Source of the DNA: Monocercomonoides exilis PA203
Taxonomy: Eukaryota; Protista; Preaxostyla
NCBI GenBank assembly: GCA_001643675.2
Contig: LSRY02000007.1
Coordinates: 1,054,001 to 1,118,000, forward strand
DNA: 64,000 nucleotides
Reading direction: 5' to 3'
Part shown: piece after piece, positions 1 through 13,205 of the stretch
Position numbering within the stretch: position 1 is the first letter of the stretch
Layout: each line of letters starts with the position of its first letter
Program-made: the position numbers and the translations under genes
Notes under the pieces: model-generated
What the model saw: the letters and a program-made list of their open reading frames with translations, nothing else
The model's database searches: none
Told to the model about the DNA's origin: nothing

Positions 1-2354
1 AAGAGGAAGATGTCAAAGAGGAAGTAGTAGTAGTAGTAGAAGAAGAAGAAGAAGATTCCGAACAAACAGTTTCTGATTGAAACATCTTGTCTTCTTCAAA
101 CAAGTCGAATTCATCGTCCATTGCTGATTTATCAAGAGAATTCATAGGAATTTTGGAAATTCTCATTTCTTCTTCCTTTTTTCCACTTTTTTCTTTATAA
201 ATGCTTGAAAATTCATCATTTTTAGCTGAATTTTTATTCATTTCATTGAAAGCCATCTTCATAGCAGACGATTTTATTGCCATTTCTAGTTCTTTTTTCA
301 GAAGTTTTCTTTTTGCCTTTATTTCACTCAGCTTTTCATTGTCAATTTCTTCTTCTTCTTCTTCTTCTTCTTCGGTTTCTTCTTCAGACTCTTCCTCTTC
401 TTCGCTCTTTTCTCTTTCTCCTTCTCCTTCTCTTTCTTCTTTATTACCATTTCTTAATTCATTTATCGATTTTCCTTTGATATTGTTATCTTCTTCATCG
501 TCCTTTCCTTCTTCTATCTTGTTATTTTCTTTCATTTCACTTCTCATTTTCTCATCGTTGTTTATCTTTTCTAATGTCTTCAATTGCTCCACTTTCTTCT
601 GCTTTAAGAATTCTGTATTGATTGGCAAAGACTTCTTGTTTTCATCATGATTCATAAAAGAGAGTAAAAGAGAAGCAGAAGCAGAAGAAGAAGAAGAAAA
701 AGAAGAAGAAGAAGAAGAAGAAGAAGAAGAAGAAGAAGAAGAAGATGATGATGATGATGATGATGATGAAGGCGAAGAAGAAGAAGAAGGCTGACAAGAA
801 GAAGAAGAAGAAATTGCAGAAGCAACTGCAGAAGAAGAATAAGAAGAATAAGAATAATTAGAAGAATTCGAATCAGAAGAAGCAGATGTCACTCCCATTG
901 ACAAATCACTTGGCGATGCGAAAGAAGAAGGCGAAGAGAGTAAAGTCGCTGAATGAGCTGATAATTCTGCTTGTCCATTTGGGGAAGAGAGTAAAATCGA
1001 TTGCGAAGTGCAGGTGTTTGGAGAAAGAGAAGGGGCTTGTTGAGAAGAAGAAGAAGAAGATGGCGAAGATGAAGAAGAAGAAGATAACAATGAAGATGTG
1101 TTGTGTGTTGGTGATAAGTTGGGGAAAGGAGAGGAAAGAAGAGACGGGGTTTGGGGAGAGAACAAGGAGCAGTCAAGAGACGGAGACAAAGTCTGTGAAA
1201 TGCAAGTTTCATTCTCTTTTTGATTACTTCCTTCGATAATTTTGGATGTGGATGATAATTTGTTTTCTGATGATAATTGTGGCAGGAGTTTGCTCTCGTG
1301 TGGAATTTGTGGGTTTGAAATGGAATGTTGCGTTGTTGTTGTTGTTGTGATTGTTGATGATAAAGATGATGGTTGTTGACTGAATGGATGAGATGAGTCA
1401 GAAATCTGATGTGATATTGAATTTTTCATTGGCTCTAAAAAGGATAATAAAGAAGGGGTGATATGCTCAGGTGAGACAGAATGAGAAGAAGATGGCTTTG
1501 ATATTAAAGAAGAAGACAGGTCTTTTAAAGATGGGAGCATTCGAAGTGAAATTAATGGCTTTTGCTGCGTTTCGCTTGTGGATAAAGCTGGATATGGCTG
1601 TTGCTTGGCTGAAGATATTAATGTTTTATTCCATTCTGATGATAATGATGAAGATACATTTAAATGAGGAACCGTCAATTCATCGATGCTTTGAAGCGAG
1701 CGACCATATTGCGTTTTACTCGCAGGAATTGCAATTCCTCTCTTGGAATCAATCAAACGCTTAAGCTGCTCAACAAGTAACGTTTTTCTTCCAGATTTAT
1801 TCATTTGCCTGCACCCATTTGCTTCAAGCATAGCAATAACTTCGTCCTTTGTAAGCTTACGTTCCAATTCTTCAATGCTTAATTTGTAAATATCCTTTCC
1901 AAGCAAGCTGAAAATTCGTTCATATTCCGCATCTGCAATAACAGATTGAACCAGATTTTTTCCTATCTGTGAAGGCTGCAGATTTATTCCATCTTTGCTA
2001 TTGTACATCCCACTTTTGCATTGTTTTGAAGGAGAAGAGAATAGAATTCTTTTTCCAAATAAGCGGGAATCTTGTGTAAGTTGATATTTTTGTGTTTGAC
2101 TATTTTCAATTGGCGTAGCAAATGACTGCTTTGGAATTTGAGATATTCCATCGAGAATAGTATCAAAATCAAGATGGTCAACCGCACGCGCTTGAGATTG
2201 CCCAAACTTCCGCTGCTTTGAAAGAAGTTTTTCTCTTGGAAAAAAGAATTGAGACATAACCCTAAAAAATATGCATAACAAATTTATCAACACAAAATGT
2301 AATTTACTGGAGCAAGAATAGAAAATAAACCTTCTTTAAAATCGGAAAATCCAT
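1..2354 (-). CDS. Large low-complexity (Ser-rich, then Glu/Lys-rich) protein with a SAP-like motif; runs off the window edge; probable intron ~2262-2330
   Basis: Manual minus-strand translation gives exon 1 MDFPILKK (2354-2331), a GT..AG intron, then an open frame from 2261 towards position 1. It contains LTKDEVIAMLEANGCRQMNKSGRKTLLVEQLKRLI (SAP-like). It is missing from the ORF track, consistent with having no stop inside the window. Confidence 0.65.
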
Positions 2355-2930
2355 GATAAAGGTCTCCGGAATCAATATTAATTTGTTAAGGGTTATCAAA
2401 GAAAAAGTGGGGTAAAATTCTTGCATTTATGAAAAAAACAACGATTTGTTCCATTCTTTTTCCACAACCTTATCATGATAAGTCTTTCATTCCCGTGTTG
2501 AAAAAAGAAGAAAATTTTGAAAAATGATAAAAATATTTGAAAGTGAAGAATGGAACAAAATTCATAAAACAAAAAAGTTCGTCCCAAGTATCAAATTAGA
2601 ATTTAGAGTCATTCGCTTGAAAAGATGATACATAAAATTATAATGACTTTCTATCTATTTTGCAAGAGAGTGCGGAATAAAAAAAAGACGTTGTGAAATG
2701 ATTTTTTGTAAAAACAAAAGAGAGTTTTCAAAAATGAAAAAAACAAATAATGAAGTGATATATTTAATAAATATGTTAATAAAAGATTTGCCTCATCTTT
2801 ATTGCCAATAATTAACAATGATTTTTTGATTTTGCTTTTTATTACAAAAAATTTGCTGTAATAAAGTGAAATTGTTCTATTCATGCTCAATGCCATACAT
2901 GAAAAAATTGTAAAAAGTCAAAAACATTTT

Positions 2931-5900
2931 CTACTTCAGGCTTAGCACACGAGACTTATCTTCTTTTGACAGGTTTGTATGTTCATAGCAATTATCATTT
3001 GCATTATCTTTGTCTTTATCATTCTCTTTATTACCATCCTTGAAGAAATCAACTCCATCATCCAGAAGTTTTTGAGGCAAAAAAGTTTGTGTAGCATTCT
3101 CCTCTGCCGTTGCCTTTGGCGTGTAAATATATCCCTTTCCATACCCTTCTTTCTTCATCAGCGTCGTCGGTGCATTTCTTATATGCATCGGCACGGGCTC
3201 TGCCCTGTGTGTCTCGCAATACTCCTTCGCCCTGTTGAATGCATCAATCGCTTCTCTGCTTTTTGGAGCTCTTGCCAAGTAAACAGCAGTCTCTGCCAGC
3301 GCCGCATCACACTCAGGCATCCCCAGCCTCTCTGCCGCATCAAAACAGGCAACAGCCAGCGTCAGTGCAAAAGGGTCTGCTAATCCAACCTCTTCTGCTG
3401 CCAAGAAAACAAGCAGACGAGCAATAGAACGAGGAGTTTCTCCAACCACAAGCAGACGAGCAAGAAAGTAAATAGTTGCATTTGAATCACCCTTTTTAAT
3501 GGCATTGCTCAGTTCTGTCATGAAATCGAACTGATAGTCTGGGTTATTGTCACTGAAGGAGAGAAGAGGGAGCTTCAGCCATTTGGCTGCTGCAGACATT
3601 GTGATGCGGATGACTGGATGATAAGGGCATATGCAATGTTTGATAGGCAATGAAGAAGAAGATACTGAGGATGGATCAGGTGATGAAAGGGGATTGATTT
3701 GTGTTTGCTCGATTGAACAAATATTTGTGTCATTTGGAGAAGAATCCAATGAATGTGGTGTTTGTAATGTGGATGGTTGCGAAATGGAAGAAGTTGAATT
3801 CTCATTCTGGTTGATTTTATTTGGATGAAATGAAGAAGAAGAAGAAGAAGAAGAAGAAACTGAAGCCGTTTCATAATTAGAGGCTGATGATGAAATGGAT
3901 GTGGTGAATATAGAAGAAGCAGAAGCAGAAGAAGAAGAAGAAGTTGATGATGATGATGAAGCTTGTTTTCCTTCGTTTGATTCATTTGTTGGCATCTTAA
4001 CAGAAATTGAAGGTGATAATGTTGAAACCATTGGCTTCTGAATGCTTGAAGAAGAATAAGAAGTTTCAGATGGCTCATTTTCAATGATCTTTATAGGTGA
4101 AATAAGAGGCTCGCTAAATGAATCAGGAAAATCTTCAGATATTTCCATTAAATTTCGCCTCATTTTCTCCGTCTCTGAATCTTCGTTGTCGTTATTCATA
4201 TCATCATCATCAATATCGATAATATCATGTTCTTCTTCTTCTTCCATTTCTTTGTTTGATTTCTTGACTTCCTTCTGATTTTCAAAGTCTTCAGCTTTTC
4301 CAATTTGTTCATCAGAAAACATTTTAAAGGTATCTTCTTTGAGGTCTGCAGAAATATTAATATTCGTTTTATTATCTTTTTCAAGATTTTGTTCTGATAT
4401 GTGATTATTTATTTTTTTCTCCTCCTTCTCAAGCAACATTCCATTTTCATTTTTCATTTCACCAAATTTCATTTCTTTCTCTTTCTCTTCCATATCACTT
4501 TTTCTCTCATTTGCTATTTGCTCTCCATTATTTACCTCCTTCCCCACTCTTTTCTCCACTTCCTCCTTCTCTTCCTTCTCTTCCTTCTCTTCCTTCTCTT
4601 CCTCCTTCTCCTCCTCTTCTTCTGTCTTGAATGGTGCCACTGTCTCTTCAAGCAGTGCATCCAGTGCTTCTCTGAATGGCAGCACAGACAGCATTCTCCG
4701 AGCATCGCTCTCTGCAAATCCCAGTTCAACAAGCTGCTGCACCTCCCGCGGGCGATACGGCCGGACAGAGGAAGAGAAAGCAGAGCGGAATTTTGTGGGA
4801 GAAGAGAGGCTGCGAGAGGAAACGGGGCTTTTTGAGGAGGGGAGGAAAGAGGCGGGAGAGGAAAGAGGAGGAGAAGTTGGATGTGCAGATGTTGGAAGAG
4901 GTGGAGAGGAGAAAGAGGAAGGAGTTGTTGAGTTGCGCGATGGTTCATTTGAAAGCAGAGAATTGGATGACTTTGCAATTGAATCGTGCTTTGCAGATGT
5001 AAATGTGGATTCAGCATTTTTCCCTCCTGAAATCTCATTTTCCTTTAAACTTTCCCACATTTTCCTTCTTTTCGATTCGACTTCTTTCTCTTTCCTTAAC
5101 TGTTCATTTATGAGCATCTCTTCTTTTTCCCTCAAGAGCCTCTCTTTCTCTTTCTCGGCCTCGTTCCTTCTGACCTCTTCCAATCTTTTCTCTTCAATCA
5201 TTGCCAGTGCGTCCAGATGCGCTTCTCTCCACAGCCAATGCGTCCTTTCCCTCAAGTCTGACATCGACTGCTTGAACAGAACATCCAAATAACCTAAGGC
5301 TGTTCGGCAGTCACCGTTGCTTTTCTCTGAAATTGCATTGAGAACTTCTTCCTCACACTCAATTGTAATCATGCGGCATGAAGGGCACGCGTTAAATAGA
5401 GGAGGAATCGTAGCATCCAGAATGCTTCCTTCGCTGATGCTGTCACTTTTCTTCTGTTCATCAGCTTCCGGAGACTTTGGAACTTGTTTCTCATTAACTC
5501 CAGAATGCATTAATTTTTTATTTTGCAAAATAAGCTCTTTCTTATTCGGAAGCTGTTCGAATGCTTGACAAATAAATTCTGGAGAAATCTTTCTCGAAAA
5601 AGGATAAAGCTCGGTTTCGTTTGTAGCAATTGGGGTATGAGAAAGAACTTTAACCCCTCGTTGAAGCACTGTCAGCATGTCATTTTTATCTATTTCTTTC
5701 AAATGAAAAACTTGACATCTCGAAAGAAGAGCATTATTAATGCTGAATGAAGGATTTTCAGTTGTCGCACCAATTAGCGTCAACGTGCCAGCTTCAACGC
5801 ATGGGAGGAAAATATCTTGTTGTAGTTTGTTAAAACGATGTATTTCATCAAGGAATAAAACTGTAGCTTTCCCAGTAGTCTTTAGTCTCTCTTCCGCTTT

Positions 5901-6289
5901 CAATATCATGTTCCTTATTTCAGGAAGTGTTGAAGTCACTGCAGATGTATGAATAAAATGTTTTCGTGTTCGTTTTGCAATTATGTGTGCCAAAGTCGTT
6001 TTTCCACTTCCAGGAGGTCCCCAAAAGATGATTGAAAACGTAGAATCACTCAGAATTAATCTGCGAAGAACTGTTCCTTCACCAACGATATCTCGTTGCC
6101 CAACGAATGAATCCAAATTATCTGGTCTTAATAGAGCAGCCTTCAATATAAATTTTGTGAAAAAAAATCAAAAAATAAACAAATTAAAATGTCAATCTTT
6201 AAATTACAGATTCTCTTAAAAATTCATACAAGAGGAGTTTTAAGAATGTCTATACGATTTACATCTTTTTTTGGATTAAATTTCTCCAT
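2931..6289 (-). CDS. WRNIP1: WRNIP1/Mgs1/RarA family AAA+ ATPase with large low-complexity insertions and a UBA-like motif
   Basis: PLAALLRP..L..FVGQ, Walker A GPPGSGKTT, Walker B LFLDEIHRFNK, GATTENPSF, ALLSRC, C-terminal EEVGLADP, GMPEC and VPMHIRNAPT..MK..GYG.GY. Exon 1 6289-6230, GT-AG intron 6229-6141. Confidence 0.93.
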
Positions 6290-6680
6290 GTTTGTTATAA
6301 TAAATACAACTATATTCACTTAAAAGAACAAAATGATAAATATCACAAAATTTATTAAAAATATGGGTAGTTCCTTTCCAATTTCAAAAAATGAATATTT
6401 TTGAGAAATATTATGTTTCAAAATATGAATATGAGCTCATGTTCTCAGTTCAATCAAATTCAACTAAAAAAATTAAAACTTCTATTGATTTTTATTGTTT
6501 TAAATAAAGATTGTTTTTTTTTTTTTTCCCACAAATGTCATAAAAAGTTGATTTTTTTCTTTTTTTGTTGAATATAAAACAACCTCATCATTGTCTCATG
6601 TTTTTTAAAGAAGTTAACACATGTCTTTTCAATCATTCAATCGATCAAAATAAAGCATTATTTTATTAATAAACAGAAAA

Positions 6681-8842
6681 ATGGCAGATACCTCTTTAAA
6701 GGATGGAAGTGAAGAAAAAATAAATATTAAAAAAGAATTGCTTCCTATCCAAGATTTTTTGATGTCAAGAACAGCCTTTGAACTTGTTCCAGATAGCGGA
6801 AAAGTTATTGTGATAGATTTCAACTTAACAATAAATCGAGCTTTTCTTGTACTCCATGAAAATGGTTTGAAATCGACTAATTTATAAATTCCATTTTTTG
6901 ATATTATTCTTTACAGGAGTGACATCCGCTCCACTGTGGGATGTTGAAAAGGGGAATTTTGTCGGAATGGTCACTGTGTCAGATTTTATTGATATGTTTG
7001 TTTACTATTACGATAAGGACGCACAAAATTTTGAGCAACTTTTGAGAACAGTTACAATAAGGCAATGGAGGCAACTCAGAAAAAGGGAAAGAAAAATTAT
7101 GGAGTCTTCAAAGTCAGAAGGAAAACCTCCAGATGTTCCTGTGAATCTTCAAATTGGTTTGATAATAGATGTTTTTCATTTTGATTCTATATTTTGTTAT
7201 GCTATTTTATGAATTCTCTATTGATTCAATAAGCTCGTCCTTCTTTTGTGACCTGTCATTATGATGCATCATTATTCAACACCATTGAACTTCTTCTTCA
7301 GTATCGTGTTCATCGTTGCCCTATTTTTGACTCTAAAACGTATACTGTTTTGCATATTGTAACTCATGCGAGACTTTTAAGATATTTTGTTTCGAAGGTG
7401 TACAATTATTTAAGTTTATAATTTCATCAATTAGCATTTTTCACTTCCACTCTCTCTCTCTCTCTTTATTCCTTCCCCTCAATCTCTATCTCTATCTCTC
7501 AATCCGTTATATTCATTTATTATGTATTCTTCAACGTTTATTTTGAAATTTCTAAACAATTCTCGTTCGCAAACAGTGGCAAAAAGAAACTCCGATTTTG
7601 AATAGGACTTTGAGAGAGTTGAAAATTGGTACATATGAAAATGTTGTATCAATGTCACCGCAAAGCACTCTATATGACATGTTTAAGCTACTCTCTTATA
7701 CGTCAATTTCTGCGATTCCACTTGTTGATCAAGAAAGTTTGCATTTTTTCTTTTCTTTTCTTTTCTTTTCTTTTCTCTTCTTTTCTCTTCTTTTCTCTTC
7801 TTTTCTTTTCTTTCTTTCTTTCCTTCCTTCCTTTTTTTTTTTTTTTTTTTTTTTTTTTTGTGATTAATTTTTTGCCAATAATAATTTTTAATTAATCATT
7901 GTCAATCTCTTTTTTATTCTTTTTTTTTATAATTTCTAACTATTTCATCTTAAATTTTTATGAACAATGCATATTTACATTTCTTCAGATGTTGTTGTTG
8001 GCCTTTATTCCATGAGCGATGTGAGAAATCTCACAATTTCTGAACTTGTACATTCGTTTCATCAGTCAGTTGGCAGCGTTCTCAGAAGAAAGATGAGAAA
8101 ATCTGCTTTGTTCACAAATGCCGAAAGAGAAAATGAATTCATGAAACATCAGCACATCAATGCTCAACCTTCGTCTCATATGAAAGAAAGTAATGAAAGC
8201 TCTCTGTCTTCTACTTCAACTTCTTCTTCTCCTCCTACTTCTTCTTCTTCAACTGATACGACTGCTTCTTCTTCTACTTCTCCCACAACAGCCACTATTA
8301 CTACCACTTCATCACAAACTCCGCTTTCATCATCGTCAACAGCAACACAAACTGCATCGGAATCTCCGTCATCATCTTCTCCTCCTTCTAATTCTTCTTC
8401 TTCTTGTAATTCATCGTCCTCTTCTTCTTCAAATAAAATAACCGAAGTTTCAGAAACTGAGTCCACAGAAGCAAGTTCAGCAGAAGCTCCATCATCCAAT
8501 TTGCAATCTGCTTCTTTCACTCCATCTTCAGTAGCATCATCATCATCAACAACGACACAAACACAAACACAAACACAAACACCAACCACAACAAGCCATT
8601 CACTTCTTAATCCTTCTTTGACATATTCCTCTTTGTCTTCTCCAACCCCATCAAATTCCACTTCCCCCGCACGTGATGTGTCTTCCATGGTTATCACATG
8701 CACTGCTGATGACACACTGAAAGTGGTGCTGGCCAAACTGGCGAGGCATAACATTCATCGGCTGGTTGTGGTGGATAAGCAGATGCATCTCGAAGGAATC
8801 TTGTCTGTAAATGATATTCTTCGCTTTTTTGTTATGCAGTGA
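6681..8842 (+). CDS. SNF4: AMP-activated protein kinase gamma subunit (CBS domains), spliced, with a ~200-aa Ser/Thr-rich insert
   Basis: FELVPDSGKVIVID, SAPLWD..KGNFVGMVTVSDFI, RVHRCPI, LHIVTHARLL, LKIGTYENV, SAIPLVD, ITCTADDTL..V...LARHNIHRLVVVD..HLEGILSVNDILRF across about 5 exons separated by GT-AG introns. Confidence 0.9.
7744..7860. repeat. Intronic pyrimidine microsatellite (TTTTC)n/(TTTC)n/poly-T
   Basis: Directly visible in the sequence. Confidence 0.85.
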
Positions 8843-9594
8843 TTGAGAATTGAGAGAGACTTTTTAATATGGCTGAATATGTACAAATTTGGTATTTATA
8901 CGGAAATTGTCCATTGCAATCAGAAGGAAATGCTATTTGAGCATTTTTTTATGCAATTCATGTTTAAATGATAATCATAAATTTTCATTTTTAATATTTT
9001 ATGTAATGCATTGTTCTATTCAGTTGATTTTTATCTTCCAAAAGAATTGTTTGATTTTATTGCTTTTTCAAGTTGTTGTTATGATAAATTAACGACATTT
9101 TTTGTTGCATCCTTTTATTTTTCTCGCTTATGAGAAAATTTTATTTCTAGAGAGAATTTTAAAAGGAGAACGCCAACATCTTTAAGAACTGTCAGGAAAC
9201 GTTCGATTTTCAATTAGTCATTAGAAATTTTATCTTTTAAAAAAAGATTTGAAATTATTTTGAATTTGTACTTTTGTAGATAGGACAAAATACTTTCATT
9301 CATGAAAAAAACAATGATTTGTTCCAAATTTTTTCTGCATTCTTTTCAAAATTATTCTAGCATTTTCATGGAAATGGATAAATATACAAAAGTTGAGAAA
9401 AATCTTTGAAAGCATTGAACTGAATAAAATTCATAAAGCAAAAAATTTCTTCCCAAATAATTGATTATCAACATTTTGAAATAATTATGGTTATAAGAAT
9501 TATTTCCTCTTGCACTATTCAACGATACAGACTATAGTGGATTATAACGCACTTAAAAATTAAATAAATTTTTCATTTTTAATCTTTTTGAAAA

Positions 9595-12404
9595 ATGAAT
9601 AGCCTTTCTACTTCTTCTTCGTCACGGGGCTCAATGGTTTTTTAATTGTTATCTTATAATATGAATTAATTTATAAGACGCTTTCTATTTCTTTTCGTTT
9701 ATATAAAATCTTATTTTTATTTGATTTAATTTTCCTCTTTGCAAATTTGCAAACTGATCTCTAGATTTTTGATTCTTCAGCTTATCCTTCAGATTCTTTA
9801 TCTAAATCAAGTTTTCAGCCATTTTTTCGTGTTCATTCCATGGATACATCATCTTTAATATCAAAAAGTGATAAGCATTCCTTTTATCAGAAGAGTTATG
9901 AACCAGAAAATCAACAGTTTAGCATTAAATATGTGAAAGATGGTTTCTTTCCTTTATCTTCATCTGGGTGTGCTGATGCATCAGGAACAAGTGAAAGCAA
10001 TAACATTACTTTTACTAATTCACAACTGCAAGAAAAGCTATTATCAAACGCGGACAAGCCTTTCTCAAATTATGCTGAAAAATCAAATAGAACAATTAAA
10101 CCTTCGCTGGACTTTTTATCCGAATCTATTTCTTCAACGCAAACACCTACAAATTACAAGCCATGTGAAAGAAATCGTATTGAGGAAAAATTGTTGTCCT
10201 CCAGTAATCATTTGCATTTGCTTTGTTGCTTAAATAATAAAAAAGATTTCAATAGTTTATCAAAAGAAGATGGAAAATTGAGCGCAAAACAAACAATTTC
10301 CTTGCCCGTGGAGAATGAAGAAAGCAAAGGCAAGACAGAAAAAGAAATTATGACATATAAAATGTTTGCAGAGTTTGGAAAAGCTTTAAAGGAAACACAC
10401 AGTCATATCAAAGAAGAAAAAGAAAGAAGTATTTCAAATAGAATGTCAATAACAAATAACGACCAAGAATGTTTGAAAGAGGATTCACCCATTCATCAAA
10501 AGCCTTTTCAGCTATCAAGTGATATTTTAGATGAAGAAGACATTGGTTATGAACAGGAAGAGGATTTATCAACCAAATCGTATTCTTCTTTATCTTCAGC
10601 ATGTTCATTTTCCTCGACTTCAACTTCACATTTTGCGCTTGATCCACATTTAGAACAAAACCTTACAAAATATGAGCCGTGCAGGAACAGATTGGGCGAA
10701 TTCTGCCAAGATTTTGACATTAAAGTTGATGGAAGTTCATTCTCACGAATTTTAACTGCAAGACAGTCTGACATGACAAGCAAGTGGAGGAAAGAAGACG
10801 CCGAACTTACAAAAGAGATTAATTTCAACTCGGAGCTGTTGAGATCAAAATTGAAATGTACGGACGCAGAAAATGAAGCGAAAGGAGACGATGGCTCTGT
10901 GAAAGGAAGCGATTATGATGATAGTGAAGCATTACCAAATGTTTTAAATGAAAGTCGCATTTTATCAGTAGAACGTATCAAAACCAAGAATACATGTAAC
11001 TTTTCTTCTTTCAATGTTGAGTGGGAAAAAAAGCGGTCTACGATTGTGAAAAGGCAAATCAAGGAGGCGGTTCGATTTTTGAAAGTATTTGGTGTGTGGG
11101 TTAGAAAAGAATGGATAAGAGATGAGAAAGAATCTCAAATGTGGAATCATGCAGAAGAAAAATATTTGAATAAATTGAATAATGTAAAGAGAAAAGATGA
11201 GCTTAGAAATGACTCTGCTGTACGAAACAATTTAATTGGGCATGAAAGCTCGAATAACTCAAGAATGCAGGAAAAAAGATTTGAGCAACTGGACACTGAT
11301 GAAACTCTTGAAGAGCTGAAAACAAAATTGAAAGTTGGAGATTTTTCAAGTTCGGCCCCAGGCGAAAAAGAGAGATTGTTAATGTTGATTAAGAGAAAAG
11401 AAAAAAAATTATTGAAAAGAGAAAAAGAAAGTTGCATGAGTAATGTCGAAAAATTGGATGCAGCAATCCAGAAGCAAATAGAAACTCACCAAAATAAGGG
11501 ATCGTTGTTTGGCTTGTTTACTTTTTGCAGAAAGAGTGATGATAAACAAAGTTGTTTCCGCTCAGATATGAAAAACGAATTGAAGGGAACAGAAAAACGT
11601 GTAAATCAACATAGTTTGCAAGACAAAGAATATCTGAACGAACAATCATTACTTCTTTCTCGGATGAATCAGCTTATATCATTGGAAGCAAGTAGTGCAA
11701 AATCAAGTTGTTCAAATATTACAACTCATGCTTCTTCAGCAGAAAGATTGTTAAAAGCGGCCGAATTATTTCAAAATAAAATTTTAAGAGAAAATTTGGA
11801 TTTGGAAACATCCGCTCCGACGGCACATCATGTTATTAATCCATCAAGTGTTCGTTGTAGTGAATCTGAAATTGTCAAAGATTCAGTGCTTGATCCGGAA
11901 GAATATTTACGGAGATTTGCTGATCCGATTTTAAGTATAACAAGAAGAAAAAGGCTGCGCAAAAGGGGAATTTTGGGAGATTTGATGACTGATCAACGAA
12001 ATCTGCAAATGTTTTTTGTAAGAAAGAACTTATGCATAATTGTTCCATTTTCTTCCTTTTTTGGAGATTTCACTTGCACGCATGAATCAAATGATTGGAG
12101 TGGAATTAGTTTATTGAATACAAATAATTATTCAAAAAGGAAAAAACGATCATTGAAAGATTCTTTTAAGGCGATTAAGGAAGATTTGATTTCTTCACTT
12201 TTTTTAATCCAAACGAAAAATGTTGAAGAATACCCAACTATCCAAACAAATATAATGGAGAAAAAAATGAAAAGGATGCAATTAAAAAAAGAAGCTCATG
12301 AATTTCGTTTGACAAACCGCAGTGACCCTGTTATCTTTACAATTAAAGATTCAAAACTTCAGCAGCTTAACCCTTCAATTACTTTAAATATTTTAAATAA
12401 TTGA
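9595..12404 (+). CDS. Hypothetical protein (~890 aa); probable short first exon 9595-9636 and intron to 9764
   Basis: 854-aa ORF 9840-12404 whose frame stays open upstream to an AG at 9763-9764, with an in-phase ATG exon at 9595. No recognisable domain. Confidence 0.6.
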
Positions 12405-12659
12405 GTTTTAATAAAAGTTTTTGATTTGTTTTCCTCTTTTCAATGTTGAACTTTTTCTCTTTCAAATGAAAATTTTCAGAATTGGTTGTATTGCCTTTAT
12501 CTTTAAATATTTGTTTGATGTTAAAAGAAATAACAAAAAAAGAATTTATTTTTTTGAAAAGTCACTTTTGTTCAGTATTTGAGTGAAGAAAAAATGACTT
12601 TTCATTCCAATTTTCACTAATCAGCAATTTTAATAAAATGTACCTCTTGCAAATATTTC

Positions 12660-12875
12660 AAAAAAAAGAAAGAAAGAAAGAAAGAAAAACGAAAAAGAAA
12701 AAAAGAAGAAAGAAGAAAGAAGAAAGAAGAAAGAAGAAAGAAGAAAGAAGAAAGAAGAAAGAAAGAAAAGAAAAGAAAAGAAAAGAAAAGAAAAGATAAA
12801 GATAAAGATAAAGATAAAGATAAAGATAAAGATAAAGATAAAGATAAAGATAAAGAAAGGAAAGAGAAGCGAAGA
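12660..12875. repeat. Compound purine microsatellite (AAAG)n-(AAGAAAG)n-(AAAAG)n-(AAAGAT)n
   Basis: Directly visible tandem units. Confidence 0.9.
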
Positions 12876-13205
12876 AGGAAAATATAAAAAAGAATTTCAT
12901 ATGAGTATAGCTTTTTTAAAAATCGAAACAGTTCAATTTTCAGTTTCATTGAAATCTAGTATAATTTCAACAGATCTTGTTACAAATTTATCAAAATATT
13001 CCAAAGTGCATATCTTTGCCTGTTGGAAATTTTTCATTATCATTATTTGTTACAGTGTGATATATGGATGCTTTTTTTAAAAATCATAACTTTTTTTGTT
13101 GTGTTGACCATTAAAAGACATTATTTGTCAGGATAGTGTTTATTCAATTTTAAAAAGTATTCAAGTGAACTTTAAAAAGGGACAACGTTTCAGATAATAT
13201 TCAAG

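Noticed and set aside
201-1764. Plus-strand Ser/Phe/Leu-rich ORFs, and similar antisense ORFs over other genes and microsatellites
   Set aside because: These are shadows of low-complexity coding sequence on the opposite strand or of simple repeats.
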